A DNA stretch of 64,000 bases from Felis catus (taxonomy: Eukaryota), in contig NC_058368.1 of NCBI RefSeq assembly GCF_018350175.1, forward strand, positions 187,986,001 through 188,050,000, in the 5' to 3' direction. Each line of letters begins with the position of its first letter. The first letter of the stretch is position 1. Positions 50,701-62,590 of this stretch are shown here, in pieces. The position numbers and the translations under genes were made by a program. The notes beneath the pieces are model-generated. The model did no database searches. It was not told the origin of the DNA and saw only the letters and a list, made by a program, of their open reading frames with translations.

Positions 50701-52387
50701 CTTCTCTGTGTATACAGGGAAAAAAAAATGGGTTGTTTATCTGTTTAGCACTTGCTGATTAGATCTGTATTTTCTAAGATGGCCCAGATCACTGACAATG
50801 TGCTATGGAGCCACTAACAACTCTAGTAGAACATTTTCCTGCAGGAAGGAATCTTGAGCTCTCTCCAGGTCACTTATGGCCACCTGGCAGGCTTTTCAGG
50901 GCTCCATGGCCCCAAAACAGACATACAGAAGCACAAGAAGTTATGAAAGCTCCTAGTTCCTAGAGCCCATGTTTGGACTTATTAAGGATAAAATGCTTCT
51001 TTGACAGAATCCTTAGAGAAGTTCATCTTCTGAGAACGTTTCAGATCAATTTATAGTACTGGTACTTAAAGGGGTACAAGAGAGGTCAGCGTTTCTATTC
51101 ACCCATGTTTCTTATGCAAAGAGCCTTCCCTCCTTTCTAACAGATCCTTGGAAAATTTGCTAAAGAGGTGCTGAAGGATCCATGTTTGCACTAGGTGATC
51201 CCTCTCTGATGCCTGTCAACCATCTCTGATTGGTTTAGAAGTGGCCCCTTGACCCAGGTGTGACCAGTAAGTTCCTCTCTACTGGAACCCAGAGTCCTTG
51301 TCATTTAGATGTTGATCCACATAGAGCCGTATGGGAATATGGCTTTGGGACAGTGACGATGTTGGGCCATGAGCAATAGAAGAAACCAGTATGCCATGAG
51401 AAGAACATAGCAGACACACAAAGAGAAGGTCGACAGCAGAAAACACAAGGGAGGAGAGGGAGAGAGAGAGAAAGAGAGAAAAAAAGAGAGTGAGAGTGAG
51501 AGAGCTTTCTGATATTGTTCTCAGTCCACAAGACCCTCTAACCTTCCTACACTTAGCTTTTCTTTAGAGTCCCTTGGATCCTTCCATCAAACTTGAATTT
51601 TCACTTGAACTAGCCAGAATAGGCTCTGTTCTTGGCAATCAGGCAATGCTCAATTAAGACAAAAGACTTAATGAAACAAGTCATGGCACCACCTATGCTG
51701 AAAGAGCTTGTTCGTCTCTTTATTCACTCAACTGATGTTTACTTAACCTAAATGTGTCAGCACTGTGGATACCAGCATGGACACGGTGATGAACAAATAT
51801 TTAGGGATTGAAAATTATTTCAAGTGTGGAATGGCTGAAAGGTCCAGCTCAGTGAGGAAACAGCATGATGACTGTCATCCTTTACTTGAAGAGAAGTGAT
51901 AGGAAGAAGAATTAGACTTGCTTTGTTAGCCCCAGAGAGCATAAGAGAGTTCCAGTAGGGAGAGGGGAATGAGGAGTGGTAGGTTGGAACTGAACATTGG
52001 GGAGAATTTTGCAGCAGTTTGGCACTGTTTAAAGATGCAACAGATTGTCTTAAGAGTTGAGTTTCTCCTACAAAGGGGGCAAATGACCAGTTTTGGGGGA
52101 TTTTGTAGGTAGATGCAAACATTAGATGATGGTTTAGATTGTATAACTTCTAAGATTCTGCCCCAAAGCTCTAGATTGTAATTTTACCTCGGACCTTTAG
52201 GTTTGCATGATTTCAAGCAAATTATTTAACTTCTCTAGGGCTGTTTTCTCATCTGTGAAAATTAGGATAAGAAACTCTCTTTGTTGTTGTGAAGAATAAA
52301 TTATATGGCACTTAGTAAATGTCTGGCACAGAGAAAGGACTCAGTAAATGAGTATTCCTTGATTCTTCTCTGTTACAGGTGAGGCTT

Positions 52388-52407
52388 CCCCCCCCCCCCC
52401 CCCCCCC
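52388..52407. repeat. C20 homopolymer
   Basis: Read directly from the sequence. Confidence 0.9.
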
Positions 52408-52768
52408 ATGAAATGCTGTTTTCTCACTTGCTGCTTCCTCTTCAGGGATTTTATTTGCTTTAAGCAGCTATATAGTCTATGAAGACGATATGCAAATTAT
52501 TTCTTATGTCTTATTTCTTGCTTAGCATAGGGCTGTGAACAAAGAAGGGCCTTTATAAATACTAGTAGAGGTGATTTAATATGGAGTCTTAGCTAACAGT
52601 CCCGAAGCTGAAACCTATACGAGAATGCATTTCTTGTCTACCCTTTAAAATTAAATAGTGAATCACAGGTAGACACTTGTCCACAAAGAATTTCATGCAG
52701 AGGCGCACATGCACACAGACTGCACCTAAGCAAATGCACAAAGCATGCACACAAGCATGACCGTGCAC

Positions 52769-52810
<42 letters not shown>

Positions 52811-55739
52811 CCAGAGGCACAGACTTTCACTTCCCCCTCCCTGTAATCAAGAAGATAGAAGAGGAATCCATCCGCCTGTGGGATGAGTCACAGAGGCAGT
52901 TGGGATGAAGGGCAGAATTCAGCATCCCTGGGGAATCTTTATTTATAGCCCCAACTGCTGGAGAAGGGGCTGAAGTCATTCCTAAGGAGCTTCAGCGATG
53001 GAGAGTGATAAGATAACCAAAAGATGTCATTCCCACCATTGAACTGTCTTAGAGGCAGGCGCCTGTTGCTGCCGAGCAGAGAAGCGCTGTGTCACTCCAG
53101 GGTTGCTGTTTGCTGGGAGGAGTTGAACAGACTGTATTCTAGCTGGTCCATCCACTGCTGCTGGTCCCCCTTCCCCAGGGCACAGGCAATCTCTATGCTA
53201 ATCCCAGCAAATCCTCCCAGTTCCAAACAAACAGAAACCTCTCTGGGCCTGGAGAGGCCACTGATCACGGAGGATGCAGTTTAGATTCATAATGATACAG
53301 TGTAATCTGCTGGCCCAGTGGTTCTGCCTCTGTCAACAGTGTGGTTTCTGTAATGAACAGAGCAAGAGGTATGGGGAAAATGCAATGCTAGACTCAACCT
53401 ACCTTCCGGAGAGAGGGGGTGGAGAGAGGCAGCTGGCTCTTTGCTGCGTAAAAGGGACAGTGGCAAAGTCTGGTTGGGGATAGGGGTGGGGCAGTGAGTT
53501 TTTTGAATGTAGACTCTGTGTCTCATCTACTGTTGCATCCCTAGCACTGGGTACACTGCCTGGCATACAGGCAGTACCTAGATCTTAGTTGACAACTGGA
53601 TGCAGGCATGGCCTCTTTAATTTCCCAGTATTTGAGGGCCCCAGTTATAGTTCTTGGGTAAGATGCATGCTAGAAAGGAAACAACATTTTCTAGGGAGCC
53701 CAGAAGCCCAGGGCTCCAATGCTGCCTCTTCTTCTAAAAGACCTTGGGCAAGTCACCTAATCTCTCCAAGCCTCAGTCTGCTCATCTGTAAAATGGGGAC
53801 TGACGGATACCTACTGTTTGGGGGGCTGTGCTAAGTATTAGAGATAGTGCAAGCATGTTACTTCACTGTGATATATGCTACCTGGGAGGAATGGATTTCA
53901 CGTTATTATCGGCCAATAACACTTCAGTTGACTGCCCCCTGCCAAGACTGCCTGGGATGGTTTGTTCTATTGGCCCCTTACTTCAAAGCCCTCTTATTTG
54001 AGTGTGAGTTCTCCTCAGCTCCCCAGGCTCTCATTTGGCTCACAGGTGTGCCTAGACCCTTGTTCCTACCTGGGGCAGGAGATCCCCTGGACCAGAGACC
54101 AGCTGCCCAGTGCAGACCCTGTGCTCTTTCTCTTGGCCTTTGACCCTCCCCTGGCCCCTGGCCCTGAACATGGACTATTCTTCTTTGGACTCTACTGCTG
54201 GTCTTGACCTTTCTAACATGTCAGTGTTGCCTGAGACTGGCCTGACATTTGGTCCCATTGGTTTCTACCTCTGATTCTTAGGGCCTGAAGGAATCAGGCT
54301 GAAGAAACCAGAACCTGCCTGTCTAAGATAGAGAGCGCCAAATCCAGCAGTTGAGTTTTGAACTATTCCCAGGGGAGGTCAGAGGGCAAGGGAGAGCAGG
54401 AAGTGAGTATGGAGAGAGAAGGAACAGTCAGGAAGTGGAGGACAATCATCTTAATGGTATAATGTCCATCCTTATTCTTGAGATAAAGAGTAGTCACTGC
54501 AGCCACCATTAAAATGTCATTTCCTAGGCTGACTGAATAATGTAGACATTATTAAAAGCCCAGGCATTTGAACCAGACCCTGTGGCTTATTGGCTTGGGG
54601 GAGTTGCACCTTACTTTTGAGCTTTGAGTTCCTCACTTATCAAATGAGGTCAGAAACGGTACCTGCCTCATAGGCTTATTGAGAGCATTAAATGAGACGA
54701 TGGGTATAAAGTGCTTAGGATGGTGCCTGTTGCACAGTAGGTAGTCAATAAAATGGTGATTATGATAATTGATACTTGTTCTCATGACCCCTGTCCTAGT
54801 GGCTGCTCAGGGTTGGCCATCAGGACAATCCCATAATATAAAAAATTTGAACATGTTCAGAAGAAGACTAGAGAGCTTGATGTCAAAATAGAGTATGAAA
54901 ATAATTCTTTTCTTTCTTGGTTTTTGAAATTTGCTAATTGATGTGTTATTGGACATAGGTTGGATGCCTCACAGCCAGAGGGTGTGAAGGACTCCCTCAG
55001 ACCCAGCTCCTGCATGACATTTTGATCTGGTGCAATGGAGAGGAAGGGACTTCAACAGGGTTTTCCTATTGTCCCAGGGCCTTCTGGGCCATCAGCATTG
55101 CCCAGCCTTTCAAGCTTAGCAGAGTGGGTTATAAGTGGGGAGGGCACATAGGACCAGGAGCTAAAGCTTTATTTGCTACTGTTTCTCAGGGTCTGTGGCT
55201 CTGAGGTTGCCTGGGACTGAGTGATCCAAGGAGGTGACGAGGGACCATAAGCCTTGATTTATGACCTGAGGTTTCCATCTCAGAAGCCACATCATCAGTC
55301 CCTCTGGGAAAGAGTTTTAACTGGATGAACTGCCCTTCTAGCTGCAGGATTGATTCCCAGACCGGCTCCCAAGGGGTTCTCCTTTTTATGTACCCCTTAG
55401 GGGGAAGAAAACCTGGAGAGCAAATCCTGGGACTGAGTCAGTATGGGAAGCTGCCCTCCACGGGCCAGGCAAAGATGGTGGAAAATAGGGGTGGTGGAGT
55501 TCATAAGGTAATGAGCTTACTGTCAGCTGGGCATACACAGAGTGCAGAAGAAGGGACAAATAGTCCTTTACATTACATTCCAGTCTTCTCTTACAACGTC
55601 TAAAGACACTACACGCCAGAATGGCCAATGGTGCTTAGACACATTTCAGTTCTTCCCTAGCATCTCAGTTGATATGGGACCTGTATAGAAGAATTTTGGG
55701 GTGCCCTGGATGGCCACACCTTTCATAGGTAGTAGGTAG

Positions 55740-56258
55740 TACAAATATCTACTATTCTCCCAATCTTCCTTTTTAGCATATCTGTGTGGGCAACATTGTG
55801 CTAAGGTGGACCCCTCCATTAGGTCCAGGCATGAGCCATGTTTGGTCTCACTCAAACGTGACCATTCTATTCCCATTTTCCAATTATTGGTGTAGGTATG
55901 GTCATGTGGTTTAGCTCCAATCAATGGGACTTGAGGAAAATTCTCTTGGAATCATCTAAAAAGATTTGGCTCTTTGATAAGAGAGAGATATATGAGGACA
56001 AACAGTGGTCTCTCTTTTCTTTGTTTTGTATGGTATTGGGTAAGACGTGGTGCTTGAAGCTGTGGCAGCTATCTTGCCATCATGAGGAAAAAGTCAAGAG
56101 CCAAGAGCACAGAGACTTGAAATTGTTGAGCTACAGATCTAACCCTGCATCTAACTGCCAACTTGTAGACTTTCTGTTAAAGTATTACAAGTCCTTATTG
56201 TTTAAGCAAATTTAGTCAGATATTGTTACCCGTATCAGAAAGCATTTGAACTAAGACA
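55740..56258 (+). mobile_element. MaLR (MLT1-type) LTR
   Basis: ggtcatgtggtttagctccaatcaatgg; gcagctatcttgccatcatgagg; ccttattgtttaagc ... ctaagaca. Confidence 0.65.
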
Positions 56259-56543
56259 TCAGGGAAACTTCTCTTCATTTGACTTTCTCTTTCCTTTCTC
56301 TTCTCTGACTTAACCCAAGGGACTCAAACTTGAATGCCTGCAGGGAACAAGGCAGGAATATAGACAGGTGAACCTGGCCTGGTATGAGAGAAGCAAATTG
56401 GTGAGTGAGTGCTTCTTGTAAAGGGGTAGTTTTACAAGAATGCTGGTATCGTGTAGCAAGATGTTCTTATTGTTCAAGAGAAATTAGAAAACTGCATTTT
56501 TATGTGAAATCTCTTCGTTTTATATGTGCACTTAAATTTTAAA

Positions 56544-56748
56544 GTTTATTTCTTTATTTTGAGAACGGTAGAGTGAGAGAGAAAGAGAGTACACGAGCAG
56601 AGGAGGGGAAGAGAGAAAGAATCCCAAGCAGGCTCCACGATGTCAGAACAGAACTCAATGTGGGAGTCAATCTCACAAACAGTGAGGTCATGACCTGAGC
56701 TGAAATCAAGAGTTGGACACTTAGCTGACTGAGCCATCCAGGGACCCC
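56544..56748 (-). mobile_element. Older Can-SINE
   Basis: gaatcccaagcaggctcc ... tgagccatccagggacccc. TSD atgtgcacttaaatttta / atgtgcatttaaatttta. Confidence 0.9.
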
Positions 56749-56766
56749 ATGTGCATTTAAATTTTA

Positions 56767-58178
56767 TTTTATTTTTATTTATTTATTTATTTTTAATATG
56801 AAATTTATTGACAAATTGGTTTCCATACAACACCCAGTGCTCATCCCAAAAGGTGCCCTCCTCAATACCCATCACCCACCCTCTCCTCCCTCCCACCCCC
56901 CATCAACCCTCAGTTTGTTCTCAGTTTTTAACAGTCTCTTATGCTTTGGCTCTCTCCCACTCTAACCTGTTTTTTTTTTTTTTTTCCTTCCCCTCCCCCA
57001 TGGGTTCCTGTTAAGTTTCTCAGGATCCACATAAGAGTGAAACCATATGGTATCTGTCTTTCTCTGTATGGCTTATTTCACTTAGCATCACACTCTCCAG
57101 TTCCATCCACGTTGCTACAAAAGGCCATATTTCATTTTTCTCATTGCCACGTAATATTCCATTGTGTATATAAACCACAATTTCTTTATCCATTCATCAG
57201 TTGATGGACATTTAGGCTCTTTCCATAATTTGGCTATTGTTGAAAGTGCTGCTATGAACATTGGGGTACAAGTGGCCCTATGCATCAGTACTCCTGTATC
57301 CCTTGGGTAAATTCCTAGCAGTGCTATTGCTGGGTCATAGGGTAGGTCTATTTTTAATTTTCTGAGGAACCTCCACACTGCTTTCCAGAGCGGCTGCACC
57401 AATTTGCATTCCCACCAACAGTACAAGAGGGTTCCCGTTTCTCCACATCCTCTCCAGCATCTATAGTCTCCTGATTTGTTCATTTTGGCCACTCTGACTG
57501 GCGTGAGGTGATACCTGAGTGTGGTTTTGATTTGTATTTCCCTGATAAGGAGCGACGCTGAACATCTTTTCATGTGCCTGTTGGCCATCCGGATGTCTTC
57601 TTTAGAGAAGTGTCTATTCATGTTTTCTGCCCATTTCTTCACTGGGTTATTTGTTTTTTGGGTGTGGAGTTTGGTGAGCTCTTTATAGATTTTGGATACT
57701 AGCCCTTTGTCTGATATGTCATTTGCGAATATCTTTTCCCATTCCGTTGATTGCCTTTTAGTTTTGTTGGTTGTTTCCTTTGCTGTGCAGAAGCTTTTTA
57801 TCTTCATAAGGTCCCAGTAATTCACTTTTGCTTTTAATTCCCTTGCCTTTGGGGACGTGTCGAGTAAGAGATTGCTACGGCTGAGGTCAGAGAGGTCTTT
57901 TCCTGCTTTCTCCTCTAAGGTTTTGATGGTTTCCTGTCTCACATTTAGGTCCTTTATCCATTTTGAGTTTATTTTTGTGAATGGTGTGAGAAAGTGGTCT
58001 AGTTTCAACCTTCTGCATGTTGCTGTCCAGTTCTCCCAGCACCATTTGTTAAAGAGGCTGTCTTTTTTCCATTGGATGTTCTTTCCTGCTTTGTCAAAGA
58101 TGAGTTGGCCATACGTTTGTGGGTCTAGTTCTGGGGTTTCTATTCTATTCCATTGGTCTATGTGTCTGTTTTTGTGCC
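56767..58178 (-). mobile_element. Young, 5'-truncated carnivore/felid L1 (about 1.4 kb; ORF2 C-terminal part plus 3'UTR)
   Basis: The ORF track gives [14 protein letters not shown]...[18 protein letters not shown]...[10 protein letters not shown], matching the L1 ORF2p C-terminal domain. G-rich 3'UTR, (TAAA)n tail and a perfect flanking duplication are present. Confidence 0.96.
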
Positions 58179-61100
58179 ATGTGCATTTAAATTTTAAAGG
58201 AAAATACTGAATGGACCAAACCAATACATCTGAGTACTAGGTATAGTCCATAAGTCATACATTTGGGCCATGGTGTGAACCCCAGAGTACCATCTCTTCC
58301 TGGCCTTGAGCTCAAGTGTGGATTGTCAATCACTTTTTTCAGATGTTGTGCTGAGTGGGGCTATGGCTGTGTGCTTGGGTGATACAGGGATGGGAAATAA
58401 AGGATGGGGAAAGGGAGGGCAAAGGTGACAACTGTGGCCTGCTGTTAAGGTGGAACATCTATAAGACAACAAACCTTTACCCTGTGTGTTAAACCTTTTC
58501 TTCACATAGGTCCTAAGTGTGATTTTTACAGAAAGGGTTGCTGTCACTTTTCAACCAAGTCCTGTCGCCAAAGGCCCCCTTTTCTTATTTGAGCATCACT
58601 GTTATTCAAGTTCTAAAAATGGGGGTGAGGAGAATCTGTTCCACCAAACAGACAGGAGGCTAGGAAGTTGGATGCAGCCTTCTAGAAGACTGCCATCCTA
58701 AAAGACTCGGTGAGTGCTGTGGAGAAACACATTCTGTCTGGGAGTAAGCCTTCTCAGTGCTACTTAGTCCAATAAGTGCACCGTCCTTTTCAGCAAAATA
58801 AGAATATCCTGTGGAAAACCCAGGGACATTGTCTGCAGAAAGAGGCTTGCATTGAAGGATGATTCCCCTTCCATGCTCAGAGCATTTCAGTGGGTGGGTA
58901 AGTCAAACACCCCCTCCCTAGGGAAGGCCTGGATGGATATGGACATTTTAGATATTTGCTAAACTGACTTTCCACGGACCTGGTGACTCTGCTCCACAAG
59001 AGCAACGTGAGTCCCGGCCCCTGTGTGACCCAAGTAGGTTGTTTAATTTAAGTCCACAGGCTGTAAAATTGGAAATCTTCATGTTTGCCTTTAGGTCATC
59101 AAATTAAAAAGTTTTAGAGAGCCTTTGTTGAAAGGCATCAGAGAAGAGCTAACATGAACTTCATGCACCGTACTGTGTACAGCCCAGTGATGCCCTCCTG
59201 ATGACAAGGGAGGATGAGTCACCACCAGCTTCGGGGACTGAGAAGAAATGTCAATGAAGCCATGAATAATAGGTGCTGTGCTGACACTTAAGAAGGTTAA
59301 GGGCAAGAATTAGTTGGCAAGGAAGAAAACAGTATGTGGGGGAGGTCAGCCCCAATCCTACAGAGCCCCTGTAGCTCATTTCTGTTTGATTTGATAACCA
59401 ACAAAACGGAATTTATTTCATTTTAAAGGGAAAAAATGTGGATGTATTGGAGACAGGCGTCTTTTTTTCAAGAGCAGAGAGGTAGACTTGATTGGTTCTG
59501 GGAGCTCCTTCAAGCTCCAGGCCTTTACCATAACTGAGGGGGGCTGGCAGTCAGAAATCAGAGAAGAGCACTTCTCCAAGCATTCTGGGTTCTTCAAAAG
59601 GAAATTCTGCAGAAAGGCAGAGCCCAACCTTGCCTACTTCTAGCTAGACCCCAATATCCCAGAAGTGCTAAGGAATGCCATCAAGTAACTGGCTCAGAAG
59701 ACATTTCCTGCCCTCTGCATAAGGAATAGGAAGTGAGGTTAAAGACTTGATGGTTGTGTTTCCTGAGACCTTTGGATCAAATACTTTCCTGGTGTTTCAT
59801 CCTGGAGGAACCAGCAAAGGATGGTCACCAAGAAGATGACCAAATACCTCACCATCTGATAGTATCTCCACTTGCTTGTCAGTTTAACTGGAAACATCTT
59901 AGTGAGGGCATATAATGTCTAAGAGGAGGAAAAGAGGTGACATCACCACCCACTGTTTCCACTGTGATGGATGTTGCTGCATCATCAACTAGTATGTGTA
60001 GATTGAGGGGTTGTGGGCCACAATGAGCATGTTAATAACAGCAAAGCCTGTCACAGATTGGTTCTCTAGAAGCAGGTGTGGAGACAGGGTTTGGTGTTAG
60101 GGATCAACACCTGTAGGAAGGAGAGGCCTGAGAAGTGGGAAAGGTTGACCCGTCATACTTGTTCCCATTGTCCTGCAAGTGGGCCAAAAGGATTGAGCCT
60201 TTATCAGTCACTGGATATGGGCTGCCAGGGAAGGGTATTGTCTTGAGCAGAGTGGCTCTCTGCAGCTGAGCTTATAGCACTTGCAGCAGGGGGCGTGGTG
60301 AGTTCTTCCTTGAATGGAGATCTATATCCTTCACAAAATCCAAATCTCAAACCCAGAGAAGGTCCTCTTGCTGATGTGATAGCCGAGAAACAGCCCCTCA
60401 GAAACCCAAGCTATCTTCTGACCAAGGCAGTTGGACAAAGCAACTGAAATGTCCATGATGGTAGTGAGAATGAGCATAGCAAGCCCTCGTGCTTTGGATT
60501 TGGATAGATTGGATTCAAAATCCACACTAATACTTTCTAGCTGTGTGACTGTGGGAAATTAATAACCTTTGCTAAACTCCTTGTCCTACTCTGTAAAGTG
60601 GGGATGATAATTATAAGGCTGGTCCTGGACCTGCTTGTCCTCAGATCCATGTCTTCTCCTTCCTCTTCTGTTCTGTGTCAAAGGAGCAGATATCTGCAAG
60701 TTGCTGTTCCCAGGTTCCTGTGTTGGCTGGCTTCTAGTTGGGTTTAGCCAATGGTGGGAGATCTCAGGACAAGGAGAAGGGCGTTTCTTCCTTCTCTATC
60801 AGCTTCAGATGTATCTAGCAGCAGGTGCATCTCCACAGAGAGCTAGTATTAACATGATCACATTTTAAAGGCTATGTGTATAGGTTTTAACAATGTAGAT
60901 GAGCCAGTGCCTTAATAAAGATTATTTTAGTTGATTAACCATCACTCATGTAGAGGATGGAATATAGGATTGGAATTTTTATTAGGACATGGAAAAGAAG
61001 ATGATGGAAGTATGCCAAGGCTTGTACTGCAGGGATCTGATGAATAACTAAAGTAAGAGGAGGAGGACTTTGGGGTGTCAGATAGTGGTAGTGAGGCAGA

Positions 61101-61261
61101 GGAGGGGACCTACACTGTAAGGTATTTAGATAGTTGTGGAAATAAAGATTGTCAACATCATAGTTCTGCAAAAAACTAGACCCTCAAAGATGTTTGAAAT
61201 TAACATACAAAGTCTGTCAAAATAGAGCTTCAACCCACTTTTATTACTCTTTCTTAAACCC

Positions 61262-61717
61262 TATAGTGGGATGAATGGTGGCAACCAAAAGATATGTCAA
61301 AGTTTTAACCCCAGGTACCTAGGCAAGTGACTTACTTGGAAATGAGTTCTTTGAGGATGTTAGTTAAGGATCTCAAGATGAGATCACTTTGGATTTCAAG
61401 TGAGCCCTAAATCCAATAACTGGTGTCCTTTTAAGAAAAGGGAGAGGGAGGTTTGAGACATAAAGATACTGGGAAGATGGCCACTCAAAGGCAGAGGTGG
61501 AGATTGGAGCTGTCTCACCACAAGTCAAGGATGTGGGAACCACCAGAAGCTGGAAAAGACAAAAACAAAATTCCCCTACAATCTCCAGGGGGAATGAGGT
61601 CCATTGACACCTTTATTTGGACTTCCAGCTTCCAGAACTGTGAGAAAGTACATTTCTATTGTTTTAAGTCACTCAGTTTATGGTGGTTTGTAACAACATC
61701 CCTAAGAAACTAATAAA
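61262..61717 (+). mobile_element. MaLR LTR (MLT1D-like)
   Basis: tagtgggatgaatggtggcaaccaaaagatatgtc; ccctaaatccaataactggtgtcctt; ttccagaactgtgagaaagtacatttctattgttttaag ... gaaactaata. Confidence 0.8.
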
Positions 61718-62524
61718 GACCCAACTTTCGGCTGTATCGTTTCACTGAGCTATTTCTTGAGAGCTCAGCTCTTTGCTGACTTCAGGTCATGTTACATTGG
61801 ACATGCATCCTATTTCTATTTCATGAATTCGAATTTAACTATTTGGCAAAAATAACAAGAGATAGGCAAATTGTCAGACTGACAGAGGCAGAAAAAGAGT
61901 GAGCTAATAGTCAAGGTACTGCCAGCTCTGCCCCCTTTCCACATGGTAAGTGGTGGATGTAGGTAAATGGAGGATGCAGGAGGCATGGCAGTGACTGCTC
62001 CTACTCTTCTCACCTGTGGACCTCACACTACGTGTGAGTCCAACATTTAAGCATTCCTTTTTTAAAAATACAATATGGTACCTCAAAGCAAACTCACAAA
62101 TTCACTTGATGATCAGTTGAAGCAACAGAAACTGATTTCAGGACTAAAGAAAACACTGACTATATTGGATTTTTTGAGAGACAGTATGCCATTCTCCAAC
62201 ATGGTCCCTGATGACCATCATTTAGCCATGATTTTTTTTTTTTTTGCTTATGCATGATTTTCAAACACAAATGCTAAGATTTGATTCCTTCAAATTCACT
62301 TTGCTTAGACTTCCTTAACATGCTTCAACATGGCATCTTTCCCAAATTTTTTCCCTTCATCCTTTCATCTGTGTTGAATTTCTAGCTTCTTCAACTTCCA
62401 TAATATTTCCCTCCACCTTGGTAACATGTCTTTGCTTATAGGGACTTCTGCATATACAAGCCCCCCTTACACAAGTTCCTTGAGGCTGGAGACTACATAT
62501 CATTGAATCCCCCAAAGATAAATA

Positions 62525-62590
62525 GATGGATGGGTGGATGGATGGATGTAAAGATAGATGGATGGATGGATGGATGGATGGATGGATAGA
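62525..62590. repeat. (GGAT)n/(AGAT) imperfect tetranucleotide repeat
   Basis: Read directly from the sequence. Confidence 0.85.

Noticed and set aside
5061..56737. Recurrent MAQSV.../SLEPASDSVSPSL ORFs as a small-protein family
   Set aside because: All coincide with Can-SINE copies.
57115..58224. 369-aa ORF as a host gene
   Set aside because: It is the L1 ORF2 C-terminus. Its first ~15 residues come from flanking DNA, it has no ATG start, and the endonuclease and RT domains are absent.
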